Source of the DNA: Microbotryum violaceum
Lineage: Eukaryota
Direction: 5' to 3'
NCBI GenBank assembly: GCA_001244265.2
Contig: CDLV01000004.1
Coordinates: forward strand, 1,550,001-1,614,000
DNA: 64,000 nt
In this document: positions 1-12,847 of the stretch, in pieces
How positions within the stretch are numbered: the stretch's first letter is position 1
Layout: every line of letters starts with the position of its first letter
Position numbers and translations under genes: made by a program
Notes under the pieces: model-generated
What the model was told of the DNA's origin: nothing
The model's database searches: none
Seen by the model: the letters and a program-made list of their open reading frames with translations, nothing else

Positions 1-455
1 TATGCCTGAATTGTTCTAGATCGGCTCTGAATTGCTCTAGATTGTTCTGAAGCGCGCGTGGTAAAGTTCCTGATGCACGTAGCGGGGCAATCCGCTGTAT
101 CTCGTGTAGTATGCCATGTATCACACTGAATCTTGACGAACCCTCCTACATGATCATCAAGTAGGTCCACCTTCAGTAAGAAGCACTCTCACCAGGACCT
201 CATGTAGTTGGAAATCGTGCCTGCACCCCAGCCGCGGCCACTGCCATCGTCCGGACCCCGGACCGAGTAATCCCCCTCCCCCCACACCCTAGGCTGCAAT
301 ACAATGACTAAGACGATCAATCATCTCAAAGCTGCTGGATGTGTCCCTATGGGGTGGGACACCTTGTATAGCATTCCTCGCCGTACTTCCTGCCTCAGCA
401 ACTCGGACAAGGAAGATCATTGACTGCCTTTCCAAACTTTTTTTTTTTTTTGCTA

Positions 456-1880
456 CTAGGTCCCGCGGCGCGCTCCGCGCGCCACCTCACATTTTAAATC
501 AGCAGTTCTGTTACATTATTGCATATGGCTACGCTTCTACGCTGCTTTCGTCTATGTTTCGGGAGTTCTTGCAGGACTGGACAGAAGTTCCGAGCTTTGT
601 TCATCGGCAGCCCCACCTTGCCGTCGTTGCAACATGCCCTGAATACTGGAGTGTCCCGTCCTCCCGAGCGTTCAAAGTCCCAGTGGAAGGCGCTACACTT
701 CCGACACAGAAGATCCATTGCACCTAAGTCGTGTCGAGGGTAGGCTCCCGGCAGTGGACGCAGTGCAATCGGTGACTGTGCGGCGGGTGGATGTCGCCGT
801 GCGCGAACTGAACGCGCTTCCAGAGGTTCCGGACTGTGAGGTCGTCGCTGCGGGATAGAGTTAACATCGGGCGTTGGCTGGGGTGGAGACGTTTTTCCAA
901 CGGAATCATCTTGCCCTGATCTCCTGGAGGTGGACTGAGTCGTCGATGTTGACTTGGCAAAGGCATGGTCGGGCGGAAAACTGTGCGGGACCGGAACGGA
1001 ACGCTCTCGCTCAAGCCTTTCCCGTTGACGACGTCTTTGCTGACCTTGAGACCTTCGAGAGATCGCAGCGTTCACAGGCGGTGGATCCATTGGATGAATT
1101 TGATTTTCCGGCAGTGGAAGCAGTGCAATCGGTGACTGTGCGGCGACATCCACCGGGACAGAGTGGACATCGGGCGTTGGCTGGGGTGGAGGCGATTGAT
1201 CGATAGAATCATTTTGCTGCCTTTCCCTGCGTCTCCGCAATTGTTGTGCTCTAGATCTTCTGGCAGCAGAATGATACGTCGATGTTGATGCGGTAGAGGC
1301 AGGGTTCGGCGAAGAGCTGTGTGGGACCGGACCGGAACGCTCTCGCTCGAGCCTTTCCCGTTGACGATGTCGTTGCTGGCCTTCAGACCTCCGAGACGTC
1401 GTGCAACTATCAGTATTCTTGCTGTTGTCCATCTATATGGCTGTAAAGACTCACATTTAGTGTCCCATGAACCCGGAATCTCAACTGTACGAATTCAATT
1501 CTTCCGCTGTGTCACTGATGTCCATTGTCTGTTTTTCATATCAATTACCGTCATGCCTAACCATGTAACCATGTAACCATGTCAAGTCATAACTCACGCA
1601 TGCGAGGGTTGACATTCAAAGAAGACGTGTTGAAGGGAATTGCTGCTTGGTAGTTTCCCATTAGCTCCTGAACAATCCCACACCAAGAGCACAGTTCAAG
1701 AAGTTACTTACTCGAATTCGTAGCTATGTTGCATGCGGCAGGCATTTCTTGATCCCGTATTCGTTGCAGAGCTTCCACGACGACCGCTTCGGATGTCGGG
1801 AGCTCGAGGTGGCGATGGGATGAGGTGCGGTGGGTAAGGCGTGGAGAGCAGGAGGGAGAAAGATGGAGAAGCCACACTCG
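456..1880 (-). mobile_element. Non-autonomous Helitron copy A (3' end intact, 5' truncated)
   Basis: Minus-strand 3' terminus: hairpin GGCGCGC-gga-GCGCGCC (467-483) then CTAG|T at 456. Internal sequence is shared with copies at 34283-44429. Confidence 0.85.
494..1432 (-). pseudogene. Helitron RepHel N-terminal fragment (Arg/Gln repeats plus Zn-finger-like motif), truncated
   Basis: HDLGAMDLLCRKCSAFHWDFER...CCNDGKVGLP is the CxxC-H-W-E...CC-GKV motif of Helitron N-termini. RRSQGQQRRRQRERLERERS is repeated. Confidence 0.8.
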
Positions 1881-3249
1881 ACTTGGACAGCTTGCTCGCT
1901 CGACGACGTACACACCAATGCCGACACCTCGAGAAGATCAAGTTTAAAGGTGGCGCGCAGAACGTAGCGTCAGATCAACCCTTTGCCCAAACCGAACCGA
2001 GCACCGCGGCAACGTGCATTCTGCCGCACTTCGAAGGATAGTCGAGACAATGGGAATGGACAGGTATCGACAGTCTGTGGGGAACGAGAGGAACCTTCGC
2101 TTCAGGGGCAAATATCCGGGAGAAGACTTTGCACGAGCAAGCGACAACTGCGATCATCACCGAGGGACGATCTCACGTTAGTCGCTGATTCGTGATGTAT
2201 CATGACGCAAGCTGGGGCGTGCCTTTTCTTGCGCTCACATTTGACTCCGACACCACAGGAAAAAATGAAAGGACGACAAGAGGTCTATGGTCAGATAATG
2301 TCGAACCACGTACTCGTCCGAGCTGTTGATGGTGATGTGTCTGCACTCCGTTCTCTCAAGGTGGACACACTGGTCGTGTATGGAATCCCAGAAGAACCTA
2401 TGGGTTTGCCTTCGGGTGAACAATGCGGGGAACGACTGGCAATCGGGATAGGTATGCCAAACTACTACTTGTGTGGGGAAACTTCACATGACTGACTAGC
2501 ACCGTGACTGCGCATTTTACTTGTCACCTTCCCTGCAGTGAGGAACATTTACAAGAAGTTAAGCACAACTTATGAAAGTGTTGAAAGTCTTGACTCTCTT
2601 GCTCTTTTCGCAAATGCCGTGATACAAGAGCTGCGTGTCATCGCTCCGGGAGTTTACTCCAACCTGTCTCATCAGGCCAACACGCGCATTTGTCAAGTCG
2701 ATGGGCGCTGTATCATAAATTCGCTCAAACCGGACTTGTCAAGCATCAACTACGAGGTCAAGGATTCCACACGATCTAACTGGCGTGATGAAGGGGAAAT
2801 TCACATCACCGTCACTCAAGAACAACGGTACAGGCTTTTGCAGAACATTAAAGGAATTTGAGCAGCATCCCTTGCTTGTCTTGCACCAGGAGGCCGTTCA
2901 GACGAAGACGAAGAGCGTCAACAATGATGAAGAATGAAGGTCAGCCTGGCTCATGCTCGTATGTCGGTAAGCTTTGTCAGAGCTTGGCCCATCAAGTGCG
3001 GCAGTGGATCGCGGTGGGGCGGGTGTGGAGCAGAGCTAGCAGAGCGCTGGCGGCGCTCTTGGTGTGCGCGCGGCGCAGAAAAAATTCTGAGCATTGTAGA
3101 GCTTGGAGAGTAGTTTTCAAAAATTATTCAGCACTAGGCGACCCTCATATTTGGATATTTTCAGTCAAAATCTGGATTTTTTTTGGACATTCTGCCTCGA
3201 AAAAGGCCGTTTTTAGAGGGCCGCCTATGGCTGAGCTTTCGGGGGTCCT
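1881..3249 (+). mobile_element. Right portion of a Zisupton-like DNA transposon carrying an unknown gene
   Basis: Ends in GGCTGAGCTTTCGGGGGTCCT (3229-3249), the same TIR family as 20288, 24221, 32402-32422 and 53835. Left boundary is approximate. Confidence 0.65.
2202..2861 (+). CDS. Unknown transposon-borne protein (last exon about 2538-2861; upstream exons uncertain)
   Basis: ORF 2538-2861 follows an acceptor-like ccctgcag. Protein is clearly homologous to ORF 24956-25351 (NAVIQELRVI..YS, VDGRCIINSL.P, DE..I, EQRY..L..I.G). Confidence 0.55.
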
Positions 3250-3393
3250 GGGGTGCGCTTGCGCTAACTCGCGCGCGCCAAATTGAGTTGGCGCAATTGA
3301 GTTAGCGCACTTGAGTTGGCGCAGTCGAGCGCCCGAGTTAGCGCACTTGAGTTAGCGCACCGCGCTCTTGAGTTGGCAGACTGAGTTGGCGCA
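3250..3393 (+). repeat. Block of ~14-bp repeats (TTGAGTTRGCGCAC), transposon subterminal-type
   Basis: About 8 degenerate copies of GAGTTRGCGC. An inverted copy of the block lies at 21573-21710. Confidence 0.85.
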
Positions 3394-3492
3394 ATCACGC
3401 GGCGATCCCCTTGTGTTCATGCTGCAACGTGCCATATCCTACGATGCAACTACTGTCACGCTTCTTTCGGAAACGAAGCGCCGATAACACGG

Positions 3493-5510
3493 ATGACAAA
3501 ATGTAGCAGTTGGCAAAGCTATCTGGGGCAAGGCTGCAACAACAAAGGTCAGTTACGACGGACTTGCGCCAGTCCTGGCGCCGGGGCTGGAGCTAATGTA
3601 TGTATCTCGAACTATCCCCTTTCACTAGTCCCTTCCTCAGACGATACCGCTGTGCAAATTCTAATCGATCTCTGGCATTTCTTTGACCGGATCTATGAAC
3701 ATGGCGCTGCCAAAGCCTTTGCTCGCGCCTTCTCCGATGCGGTTTTCATCCCGAATGCGGATGATCGACTCCTGATGGAGGCTCGCCTAGCAAAACTCGG
3801 AATGACGTGAGAAGAAGCGGTCCATTCACCTGTATGGAATAAGAAGCTTTGGAGACGCGTTCGTCGATGGATCCCTCCGCCAGGCATTCTCGAGCCTTTG
3901 GTCCGGGAGGTCTTTGAGAAGCTCGGTCGATGCGAAGTCGAAGCAGCCACTTTTCAACAAAGCGGCGCACGAGGCAGCGAAGAGATGTCTTGAGGCGATT
4001 CGGAAAAGCCAAGTATCGGATCCAGTTGGCATCGAGCTGTACACCGACCTTGGGCCTTGCGGAGGGCCAGATGGAATGGCGGATGACGGTGTCCGTTTAT
4101 ATTCCTGCCAGCGCGGCACCAACAGTCTCGAAGGAGGCATCCACCGGAACCTTTGCCAACGGTTTCCAAAGTCGGGTGTTTCTCCGTGCCATGCCAATGC
4201 GTGCTTGGCTGACTAAGTGCTAGTGCACAATCTCATGGTCAGTCCAACTTCACCATCGCGATTCGAAGAAGCGGCAACCTTTCTCACCCACTATCCCTTG
4301 TATTCGCAGGTTGGGACGTTCAATCGTACCGGAAAACCATTCGTGGGGCACTACGACCTCTGGCTCACTGTGGAATTACATCGTCTGAGGCGCAAAACCT
4401 CGGCATTTTCCTACACCACTCAACCACCGTGTCAGATATAGTCAACCCGCTGCTCTACACCCCATCCACCGAAACATTCGGCATCGTACCTGTTGTTCAG
4501 TCGCCAACAGCGCAAATGCGCTTTTTGATCGAGCCCTATCAAGTCGAGCGCGGGACTCTGCGTTTGAAGCCCGTCAAGTGGTCGCCACGAAACTTGCTGC
4601 AAAACAATACGCCGGCGATACAGCATATGCAAAGCCGGCTGCCAACCGATCGCAAGCTTCGCCACGATTGGCCAGCGGAACGTTAGGGTACTCGATTCGC
4701 TGTATTGTATGTCCATACACCCAGCGAACGAGCGCTATACAGATATCTCTCAAGCAAGGTACGACTGGGAGCGCCTCAAAATCTTCGGATATTCGAGATT
4801 ACCGAGCCTTGGAACAAGTATGCCAACGGACTAGACATTTCTTACAAAGTATGTCGCGTCTGTGTCACACTGAATGGTGATGTTGAGCTGAAGCGCAATC
4901 CTCACACAGATGCCAGAGCACATCAATACATGGGCACCGAGATGGTCGTCGCTGGCAAATGCTCAAGCCACAATGAACATGGGTGGGAACGACGTCATAG
5001 TGATTCAAGCTTTGCTTACCGATCCCTCCCGCGGTCGTGATGTTAGCATGCTAGCGGCTAAGCCATTACTCGTCACAAACCGCCTGTCTTGGGGAGGCTT
5101 ACAGAGGTAGAAGTCGATTTCTCGGATCCTCCAACGTCATCCATCCTCCCCTTTGTTGCAACTGCCTCGAGCGACGCTGGTTCGAGCGCGGACTTGGGCA
5201 CGAGCAGCGCTTTGACGCACGCGGGTACCACAGAAGGGGCAAGGCACTGTCGATTATGTGGGCAAACTACTTGTCGACGCAAGGGGTCAAAACTAAGCGA
5301 TGACGGATCGGTGAATGAGTGTGACGGGGCGTGCTTGGACTTCGGGAAGCCTTTCGGGCTGACAGACGAGATAGATCCGAACGACCCACAATCACGAAGG
5401 TTCTGTAGAGGACTGACAAGGGCTGAGATGAATGGCCCAGCTCGGCATCAAAAAAAGTGTCACAACTTTGCAGTTGTAGAATACCTGCGTAATATGAAGT
5501 CTGTTGTCAA
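3493..5510 (+). pseudogene. Zisupton-like (KDZ) transposase, fragmented
   Basis: LIDLWHFFDRI and YSCQRGTNSLEGGIH resemble the Zisupton motifs D(I/L)WH and YRCxRGxxSLE. C-terminal Cys cluster RHCRLCGQTTC. Stops, frameshifts and introns present. Confidence 0.7.
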
Positions 5511-5899
5511 AATGACTTGTTCCGTACCACTTCCTCTCTTTCTCCTTTTTCACCTCCCCCTCCCTCTTCTTCTTTCTCCAAGTTCTTTCTCTTCCCCTCC
5601 CTCTTCTCCTTTCCCCCCCCCCCCTTTTTTTTCCCTTTCCCACTCTTTTTTTTCTTTTTTTCTTCTTCTTTTCTTTTCCTTGCCTCCCACTATGTATGAG
5701 GCGCCGTTGCTATCACGAGCGCCGCAGAAAAAAGAAAAAAGAAAGCGCGCCGCGCGAAAAAAAAAAAAAAAAAAAGTCCTCGACTCGGACGTTGCCCCTC
5801 GGAGCAGTCGGGAGGAGCAGTCGTGAGCAGTCGGGAGCTCTGGAGCTTTGAGTCGCCGAGTGGCTGAGAGGTGACGAGTCTTCGTCTGCTTCGGTCCCC

Positions 5900-7466
5900 T
5901 TGAGTGCCCAACGCCCGAGATGGCTACGTTGCCGCCTGTTCTCACCCACCTTCAAGACGGCGATCAGCATGCCCTAGGGACGGAAGTCGGCGACGAAGTG
6001 CTGGACGAAGAAGCTAAGACAGCGCTATTCGAAGAGATCCGAGTTCAAGGTTTCCAATCTAATGCTCTTGAGATTGAGGAGGCGCGGCGGAAATATTGGT
6101 CGCTGTTCGATGGTCGGAAGAGAACCTTGCAATGTGACAGCTTTTCAAATCATACCCTATCGCTCGCTTGCTGGAATTGATCGTCCAAGCTGGGCCTCGT
6201 CCGAGTGACAAAGTGACAGCCGCGCAGTGTCGCCGATGCGCCGATCGTCTCTGTCTCGCACAAGAGTCAAGATTTGGTACATGTTACGAATTATTGTCTA
6301 TAGTTTCAATCCGAACTCGCTAGTCTACAACGCATGGTTAGTCTCGTGGCCGCGGGGGACGAGAGGTTCGTTCCGAGCGTCGAGGGGAAAACCCCTCCGA
6401 AGGCGCGTTCGACAAGGCGGGGTAGCAAAGCGAGTGAGATCTCCTGGAGGTTCGGTCGAAGAGCGAACGGTAGCATGTTCCCTTGAGTCGGCAAGTGATT
6501 GCATCTGCTGCTCAATCACCTGCCTTGGCTGTCGCTTCGGACCAAAGTTCGGTGGCGGAGGTAACGTTTTCTCCTCTGATCCCTCTTCGGATCCGAACTT
6601 AGAATCATCTCCTGAATCCTTTGCTTCCCCGCAAGGATGTCCTGAACTTGACGCCTCTCCGCACTCGATTCCGAAAGTCCCGACGAAGGTGATTCATCCT
6701 CGCTCGCTTTGTTGTCGTCGTCGTCCTGGCAGATCAACACTTGCGCTCTTCCCCAGTCTTCCTCTTCTTCTGCTTGCTCCCCACTTGCGAATCTTTGCAC
6801 GCCCTTGCCCTTCCTGCTCTCCTCCTTACTAGCGGGCATCAAGTGCATCGCTTCGGCGGGGAGGGGGAGGGGGCGTGCGAAGAGGATTTATCGAGCCCTA
6901 GCTGAGCGCCACTCAGCCAGCCACGCGCCGAGCGTGCCGCTGGTGTCAAGAGCCCACCCCATTGCGATCATTCGCATGTACCGGAGATGATCGCGATGTC
7001 CTTGCGTCGCTCGAGGTCGATCGGCTAAAAGCCGGGTCGGGCAATGGCGCGGCGGGAGCTGGATGACGGGTGGTCGAGGCGCGACTCGAAGACTGCAAAA
7101 GAGTTGAGCTCGAACCCGAGGGGTAGACGAGAGACGACTTGAGGATGTGGAAAGAGTCGAGCCGGATTTGAAGGGATGACCAGTCGTTAACGTAAGCCTA
7201 AGGCACATTGTCCCGGATCTAGTCTACGAAAGCGAGAGCCGAGAGATCAGCAATGGGACACGGAACAAGGGACGGCAAACGGCCAACGTGAATCGACGAG
7301 ACTGACCTGTTTCCTCTAGACCCAGGTGGTGAGAGTTGATCAGCTCCAGATTTGCTGCTGGACCTCGTTTGTCAGCCGCGACCCTAGCTTCCGTCGTGCC
7401 GAAAGCCATCGCGCGTTGTTCAATTGAGCGTAGATCGGCTCGGCGAGCTTCGATTTTGGCAGCCAT
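5900..7466 (-). pseudogene. Degenerate unknown gene, possibly TE-associated
   Basis: Several minus-strand coding-like fragments (7224-7466, 6516-6848, 6325-6519) broken by stops and flanked by long A runs. No recognised domain. Confidence 0.3.
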
Positions 7467-8330
7467 GGCAGCGAGTTGTTGTTCAGCCCAACGTAAGTCA
7501 CCGCCGGTTCATCTTCGAGCCGCTCGGTCGCTTTTCGGCACAGAGCCTTGGAGTCAGGGGTTCAGCTGACTCGCTCGCGGTTCACTGACAATGTCCCCGA
7601 CAGCTTACCATAGCAGCAGGTCTGGGCCAATCGCTCTCTCTCGGCTACTTGCTAGCTATTAGTACTAAAGTCTCAAACATAGAGCAGGCCGTTGACACGT
7701 CTATTGGCCCCCGACAGAATGAAGCGTTGGCCGTCATCGGGCGCAGCCACCACGTCCGGTAGGTGCCTGCGAGCTGCTTTTGTGCTTTTTCTAAAAAATA
7801 AGCGCCCAGCTTCTAAAAACAGAAAGAAAAAAAAAAAAAAAAAAAAAAAAAAAGCGCGCGACGAAAAACAGACAAAAAAAAAAAAAGGCGAGTAATCATA
7901 TTTTAGCCCTCTATAAGAGAATAAGCAGAGTAATAAAAGAGGTTTACTCTAATTAAGCGCTCATAAATCTGAGCGACATAAAAGTTATTTTGTAAGAAGG
8001 CGTGATTCATTCCTTCCCAGGACGGCAATATAAGTAAAAGGAGAAATATGCCTGCGGGAGATGAATTGGCTATCCCGCCGTTCATACTTCAACGGGCTGG
8101 TTAAGTGACCAGTTAACACAATTGCCTACTCCGGTTTCTGCATTGATTCATGCTGCTACTCTAGTAACTGCCGGAGTTTACTTACTACTAAGATCATCAC
8201 CGCTATTAGAATTTGCGCCTACAACATTAGTTGTAATTACATTGTATGCGTGTCTAGAGCAGTTTTGAGTAGCAGATGTCATATTACAAACGGAGAATTA
8301 CAAGATAGAAGGGTGCGCAGGGTAGGAGCA

Positions 8331-9352
8331 TCAGGCCATGAGATCGAAATCGTCCAGCTCGTCCTGTCAAAGAGTGAATCGCGCAGGGTCAGACAAGACG
8401 AACAGGGAAGGATGAAGAGCAGGCCAGCGGAACTGCGGGCGAGACTGACATTGTATTTCTGGACATGTCGCTTGAGCCTGGACGTATCGACCCAAGTGAC
8501 AAAGTCCTCCATGTTGCGAGTGACGAGGAACGCCGGATCAGTGATCGGGTCTGGCCCTACTCGGACATGGCCTTGCTCGATGTAGGTCACAGCCTGGACA
8601 GCGTCGCAGACGAGGAGAGTCAGCAGATAAGTCAGCAGATACGAAAAGAAAAACCCACTGACCAGCTTGACGGTCTCGGCCATTTTGAGCCTGACCAAGA
8701 CGACGGCCAATCGCCTGCGACACAAAGCTCCGACGGTGACTTTGCCCTCCTTCGTGCCCTGGCCCTCGACCTCCTTGACCTTGCCATCGAAGCCCTTGAC
8801 GACGGGTGCGTCCGATCCTTCGATGTCGGACATCTTGGCGCCTCGGTCGAGTATGCCCATGTCGTACAGCTTGGAGAGAAGCAAGTCCTCGTACTTGGCT
8901 CGGAACGGATCCGCGGGCGGCAGGCGGGAGAGCAGATAGGAGAGACGACGAACTTGGCCGCAGATCTTGTTGTAGGAATGATAATCATCACTTTTGAGAG
9001 ATCGTTGGGATTGGCGATCAGATTATTGGGCCCAAGACGGATGAGAAGAGGGCATGCACTGCACGACTGGGAAGCAGCGACACTGACCGGTTCTGCACGT
9101 GGTAGCGCCTCATCACTTTGACTTCTCGCATGCCCGCATCCGACTTCCACGACAGGAAGTCGACCTATGGTGATGCATGCCGCCCACCGGTAGAGGTAGG
9201 TTCGGAGAGAAGGTGATCGAGGGAAGGTGGAGCAGGCGAGGCAACAGGAGGCGAGTCAGCCTCGAATTTGACAGCGGTGCTACAGCGCATGATTTTGATT
9301 AGTGACATACTTTCTTGAGGAGTTTGGCCTCATGATGCTTGAGTTGACGCAT
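8331..9352 (-). CDS. IMP3: U3 snoRNP protein IMP3 (multi-exon)
   Basis: Exons read MRQLKHHEAKLLKK / VDFLSWKSD / YNKICG..LLSKLYDMGIL..LCRRRLAVV / YIEQGHVRVGPDPITDPAFLVTRNMEDFVTWVD / DELDDFDLMA*. GT-AG introns. Confidence 0.95.
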
Positions 9353-10003
9353 GGTGGGCCGGCGACGGTGGTGATGAACGTAGAGCAAACGAGCAGTTGA
9401 GCCAGTCGGAGCCGTGCTGGCGATCGCCGCGGCTGCGAAGCAGTGCGAAGCGACAGCGCGCGTCATCCCGCGCTGCCGAATCACGTGACTTCTTCTTGTT
9501 CGGCGCCGCACGGTCATCAGTGCAGTGCCCGCGCCCCGGCGAAGACATTTGAATGCAGCCAAGTTGCAGTGGTAGAACAAGAACTGGGGAGCAAAAGCCT
9601 GCTGGCGAACCCGTGAAATTTTTGATTCATGTTGGATTGCTAAATCAGGATAGGCTGCACCAACTTTTAAGGAACGCCGGATATTCGATTATTTCACACT
9701 AGGTCATATCAAGCTTGTAGCAAAATTTGGCCATTTGGGGGATCGGAGGCTTGTACTCAGCCTCATCACGTGCCAAGTCGATCTCGGCAGCAACAGTACA
9801 CCAGCACCACAGTGTGTCGCCTATTACACCTACCCCAGAAAGACAGGATTTCCAACAGCTCCTACACCCAGCAAACATCGCACAGTCATCTTACACCTGC
9901 ATCGACTTCCGCTCGCGCGCTTCACTCAACATCGTCCGCGTCCACTCACAAGCTCCGGCGGACCACCTGCCTTCCCTCTCCGACATTTGCTCCAGTACGA
10001 ACT

Positions 10004-12581
10004 ATGTACTCAGCTCTGGATATTCAGGGCATGAAGCGGGCCGAGCTGCAGGCTCTATGCAAGGTGGGTCGCCTGGCGTTTTCCTATGCCCATCCCGGCC
10101 GAGTTGACTGACCGGCAGAGACCTCATCGCGCGAATCGGACGACTTTAGACGAACAAGCTCAAAGCGAATGGCAAAACGGAGGCATTGGTGAAGATGCTA
10201 CTCGATCACTTCAGTCTGTAAGCTGCCGGCGTGTAGTCGCTCCTGGTAAGCCTTGTGCCGAGCTGACTGGACGACGCCTTTGGTGGCTCGCCTCAGAGCA
10301 TCTTCCAGTGCGCTTGAAACAGCACCTTTGACTGCAAGAACAGCGGTCAGGAAACCGCTGCACGCTCCAGGATCCAAAAAAACCAAAGCGCCAAACACAA
10401 TCAAGATGAAACCCATACCGGTTGTTTCCACATTCCTGCCCACGCCTCAGCGGCGTTCCGGAGGCGCCGACGACGACGATGACGACGAGATGCGACTCCA
10501 AACCCCGGTCGCGATCCGAGCGAAAAAAGTGTCGGCGCACAACTCCTTGTTGAAACGCGCACTCGAGTCATCGTTCACTCCCGCTCCAGCCACGAGACCT
10601 AGAGCCACCATTCAGGCTCAGGGTGGGTCAGAAACTGCGCTCGACCCTGCCCGAGCACTGAGGACTGCACACTGACGCTTTGCATCCTATGCCAACAGCT
10701 TCATTTTCCACTTCACCAGCAACGAAGAGAGTCATCAACGTTTTGCTCGCCACAGTTGACACTCTTAAAGCCGAACTCGCGACGACTCGATCTTCGTTAA
10801 CTCACCTCGAATCCACCACCAACATCGTCTCAGCACCTTCGACACCTCCTCTGAAACGGGCGGAAGTGCTTGCCCTCGTGAATGAGCGTATCGTACAGCA
10901 TCGTGCTCAAGTCGATTCTTCGATTGAACAACGATTCGCCTCTGTGAGCGCTCACCTTGCCGAGTTGAGCAAGGCGGTCGAGCTGGCCACCACTCGGGAA
11001 AAGCGGGAGTCCATCATCCAACTACGAGATACACTGGACGAGGAAGTTCGATCGAATCAAATATGGAGAAGAGAGCTGGAGGGTTCTTTCGAAACACTGC
11101 GGTCGAATTTGACGGGTCATGTCGGGGGAACGACTGCGCCGATGTCTTCAATCTCTCCCGCGCGTGCGCCTTCGGCCCCGGTTCAGGGTCCCGCAGTCGC
11201 TTCGCCTACCCTATTGAACTCCTTTTCCCCTTCATCACCAGCACCGTTGATGACTCCGGATACACCCTCTGCGGCATTAGAAAGAGCTCCCGCTTCGGCT
11301 CCCGTAAGCCCCGCGGTCCTCGGCCTCGCATCCACCCCTGCTCCGAACCCGGCCAGTCCGGCCATGTCAGACGGTGCTCCCCCTACGACAACTCTGGCTT
11401 CCTCTTCGAGCCCCATTGCATCTCCTCGAAGGACTCCCCGAACTCGAAACTCGCATAAGCCAAGCCCCTTAAATATCGCCCCGACCACCGTGATCGCCGA
11501 AGGGATCGAGCCCTCGCTTGCTTTGCCGCTCCACATGCTCTCCCACGTCTCGCCGTCCAAGAACAAATCCATCTCCCCTCGTCGAGGAGCATCCTCACCT
11601 CAGGCGTCTCCCCGGAGGTCCCTCGCTTCGGCATCGACACCGGCGACAGCGACGGTTGTTGCTATGAGTCCTGCACGATCGATCGTTAGGTCCATCGGCA
11701 AGCGGCCAAGGCGGGAGAGTGATATTGGCGACGTTTCTGTCGATGGCATGGAAGTCCCGGGACGGGCGACCCCTTCCAAGGCTATGGGAGATAGTGGAGC
11801 AAGGGAAATCAAGGGCTTGAGTGGTGGACGCGCAAGAAAGAGAATGCGGATCAGCCCCGGTGCCGAGAGTCAAATGGAACAAACGCCGGAAGCCGCCGCA
11901 GAGTATGCATCCGAGTCGGAGGAGGATGAGGAGGAGGTGGTGCAAGCGATCCTTACTTCTGACCCTGGAACGTTCGGTGATGAGGAACTGCTCAGTGAAG
12001 AGGAGGGCGAGGAGGCTGTCCACCACCAGGCCGAAGAGACGACTCCACCCGCACTGTTGAATACCCCACGAGAATTTTTCGTCTCGACCAAATCAGGTGA
12101 TGAGTCGTGCATACAGCCTGCGACACCGTCGTCATCGCGCAACCCCTTTAGGCTCGATGGTGCTCCGTCTCTCTTCGTTTCGCCGTCGACATCCCGACAA
12201 ATTCACCCTGGCCGATCGCCAGCGACGAAGATGGCCTCGTTCTTCTGCGTCAAATCATCTGCTCGATCGCACATTGCACGGTCTCTGCATGGAACGCCTC
12301 GACGCACTCCCATCATGACCTTGGCAGGTCGCGTCTTTGCCGATGCTTCGAATCGGCGCATTTCGTCGCTCGCTGTCCCTCCGACGCCGTTGGCGAGCAA
12401 AACGCTTTATGGAACCGAGCGGATCGGGGATGAAGAGGAGATGAGATTCGGAGACGTCGTCGTCAGTCCGGGAGGTGGGATGTCTTCTCCCGTTATTACG
12501 GTCAATCCCTTTGGGAATGGAAGGGATGCGCAGGGCAAAACGTTCGAATGGACCGGCTATGGATTGTTTGGCGAGACTTGA
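10004..12581 (+). CDS. Uncharacterised Ser/Pro/Thr-rich protein with SAP-like N-terminus and coiled coil (multi-exon)
   Basis: MKRAELQALCK / intron / NKLKANGKTEALVKML is a SAP-like helix pair. 633-codon ORF at 10680-12581. Exon structure is approximate. Confidence 0.7.
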
Positions 12582-12847
12582 TTCCTTACAAAATTCGTCT
12601 TTTCGATTTTCGGCCCAGTTCATTGGGTTCAGTTTTTATTTCGTTATTCTTGTTTCGTCAATTCGTGTTGTGGAATCACCAGTATATTTGAAAGGCGTCC
12701 TCTTTTGCACTGAAGCCTTGCCCGGAGCCCTTGTCTTGATCGCGCCCCGTCGCTTCGCGGCGCGTTCTGGCGCGTTCGGCCGACGAAGCGTGCCCGTGGA
12801 GTCGGCGGCTTTTCTACGCCCTTGCAACCTTTCTTTCCACCCAAATA

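Noticed and set aside
1-455. Window start with short TCTAGA-containing repeats and a T run
   Set aside because: Probably a TE remnant, but no termini or motifs support a call.
3250-3393. 14-bp repeats as CRISPR or telomeric array
   Set aside because: Short degenerate tandem units without spacers, duplicated together with the transposase fragment.
5688-8250. CACTA element starting CACTATG at 5688
   Set aside because: No matching TAGTG end, TSD or transposase motif found; the region is left as unknown degenerate sequence.
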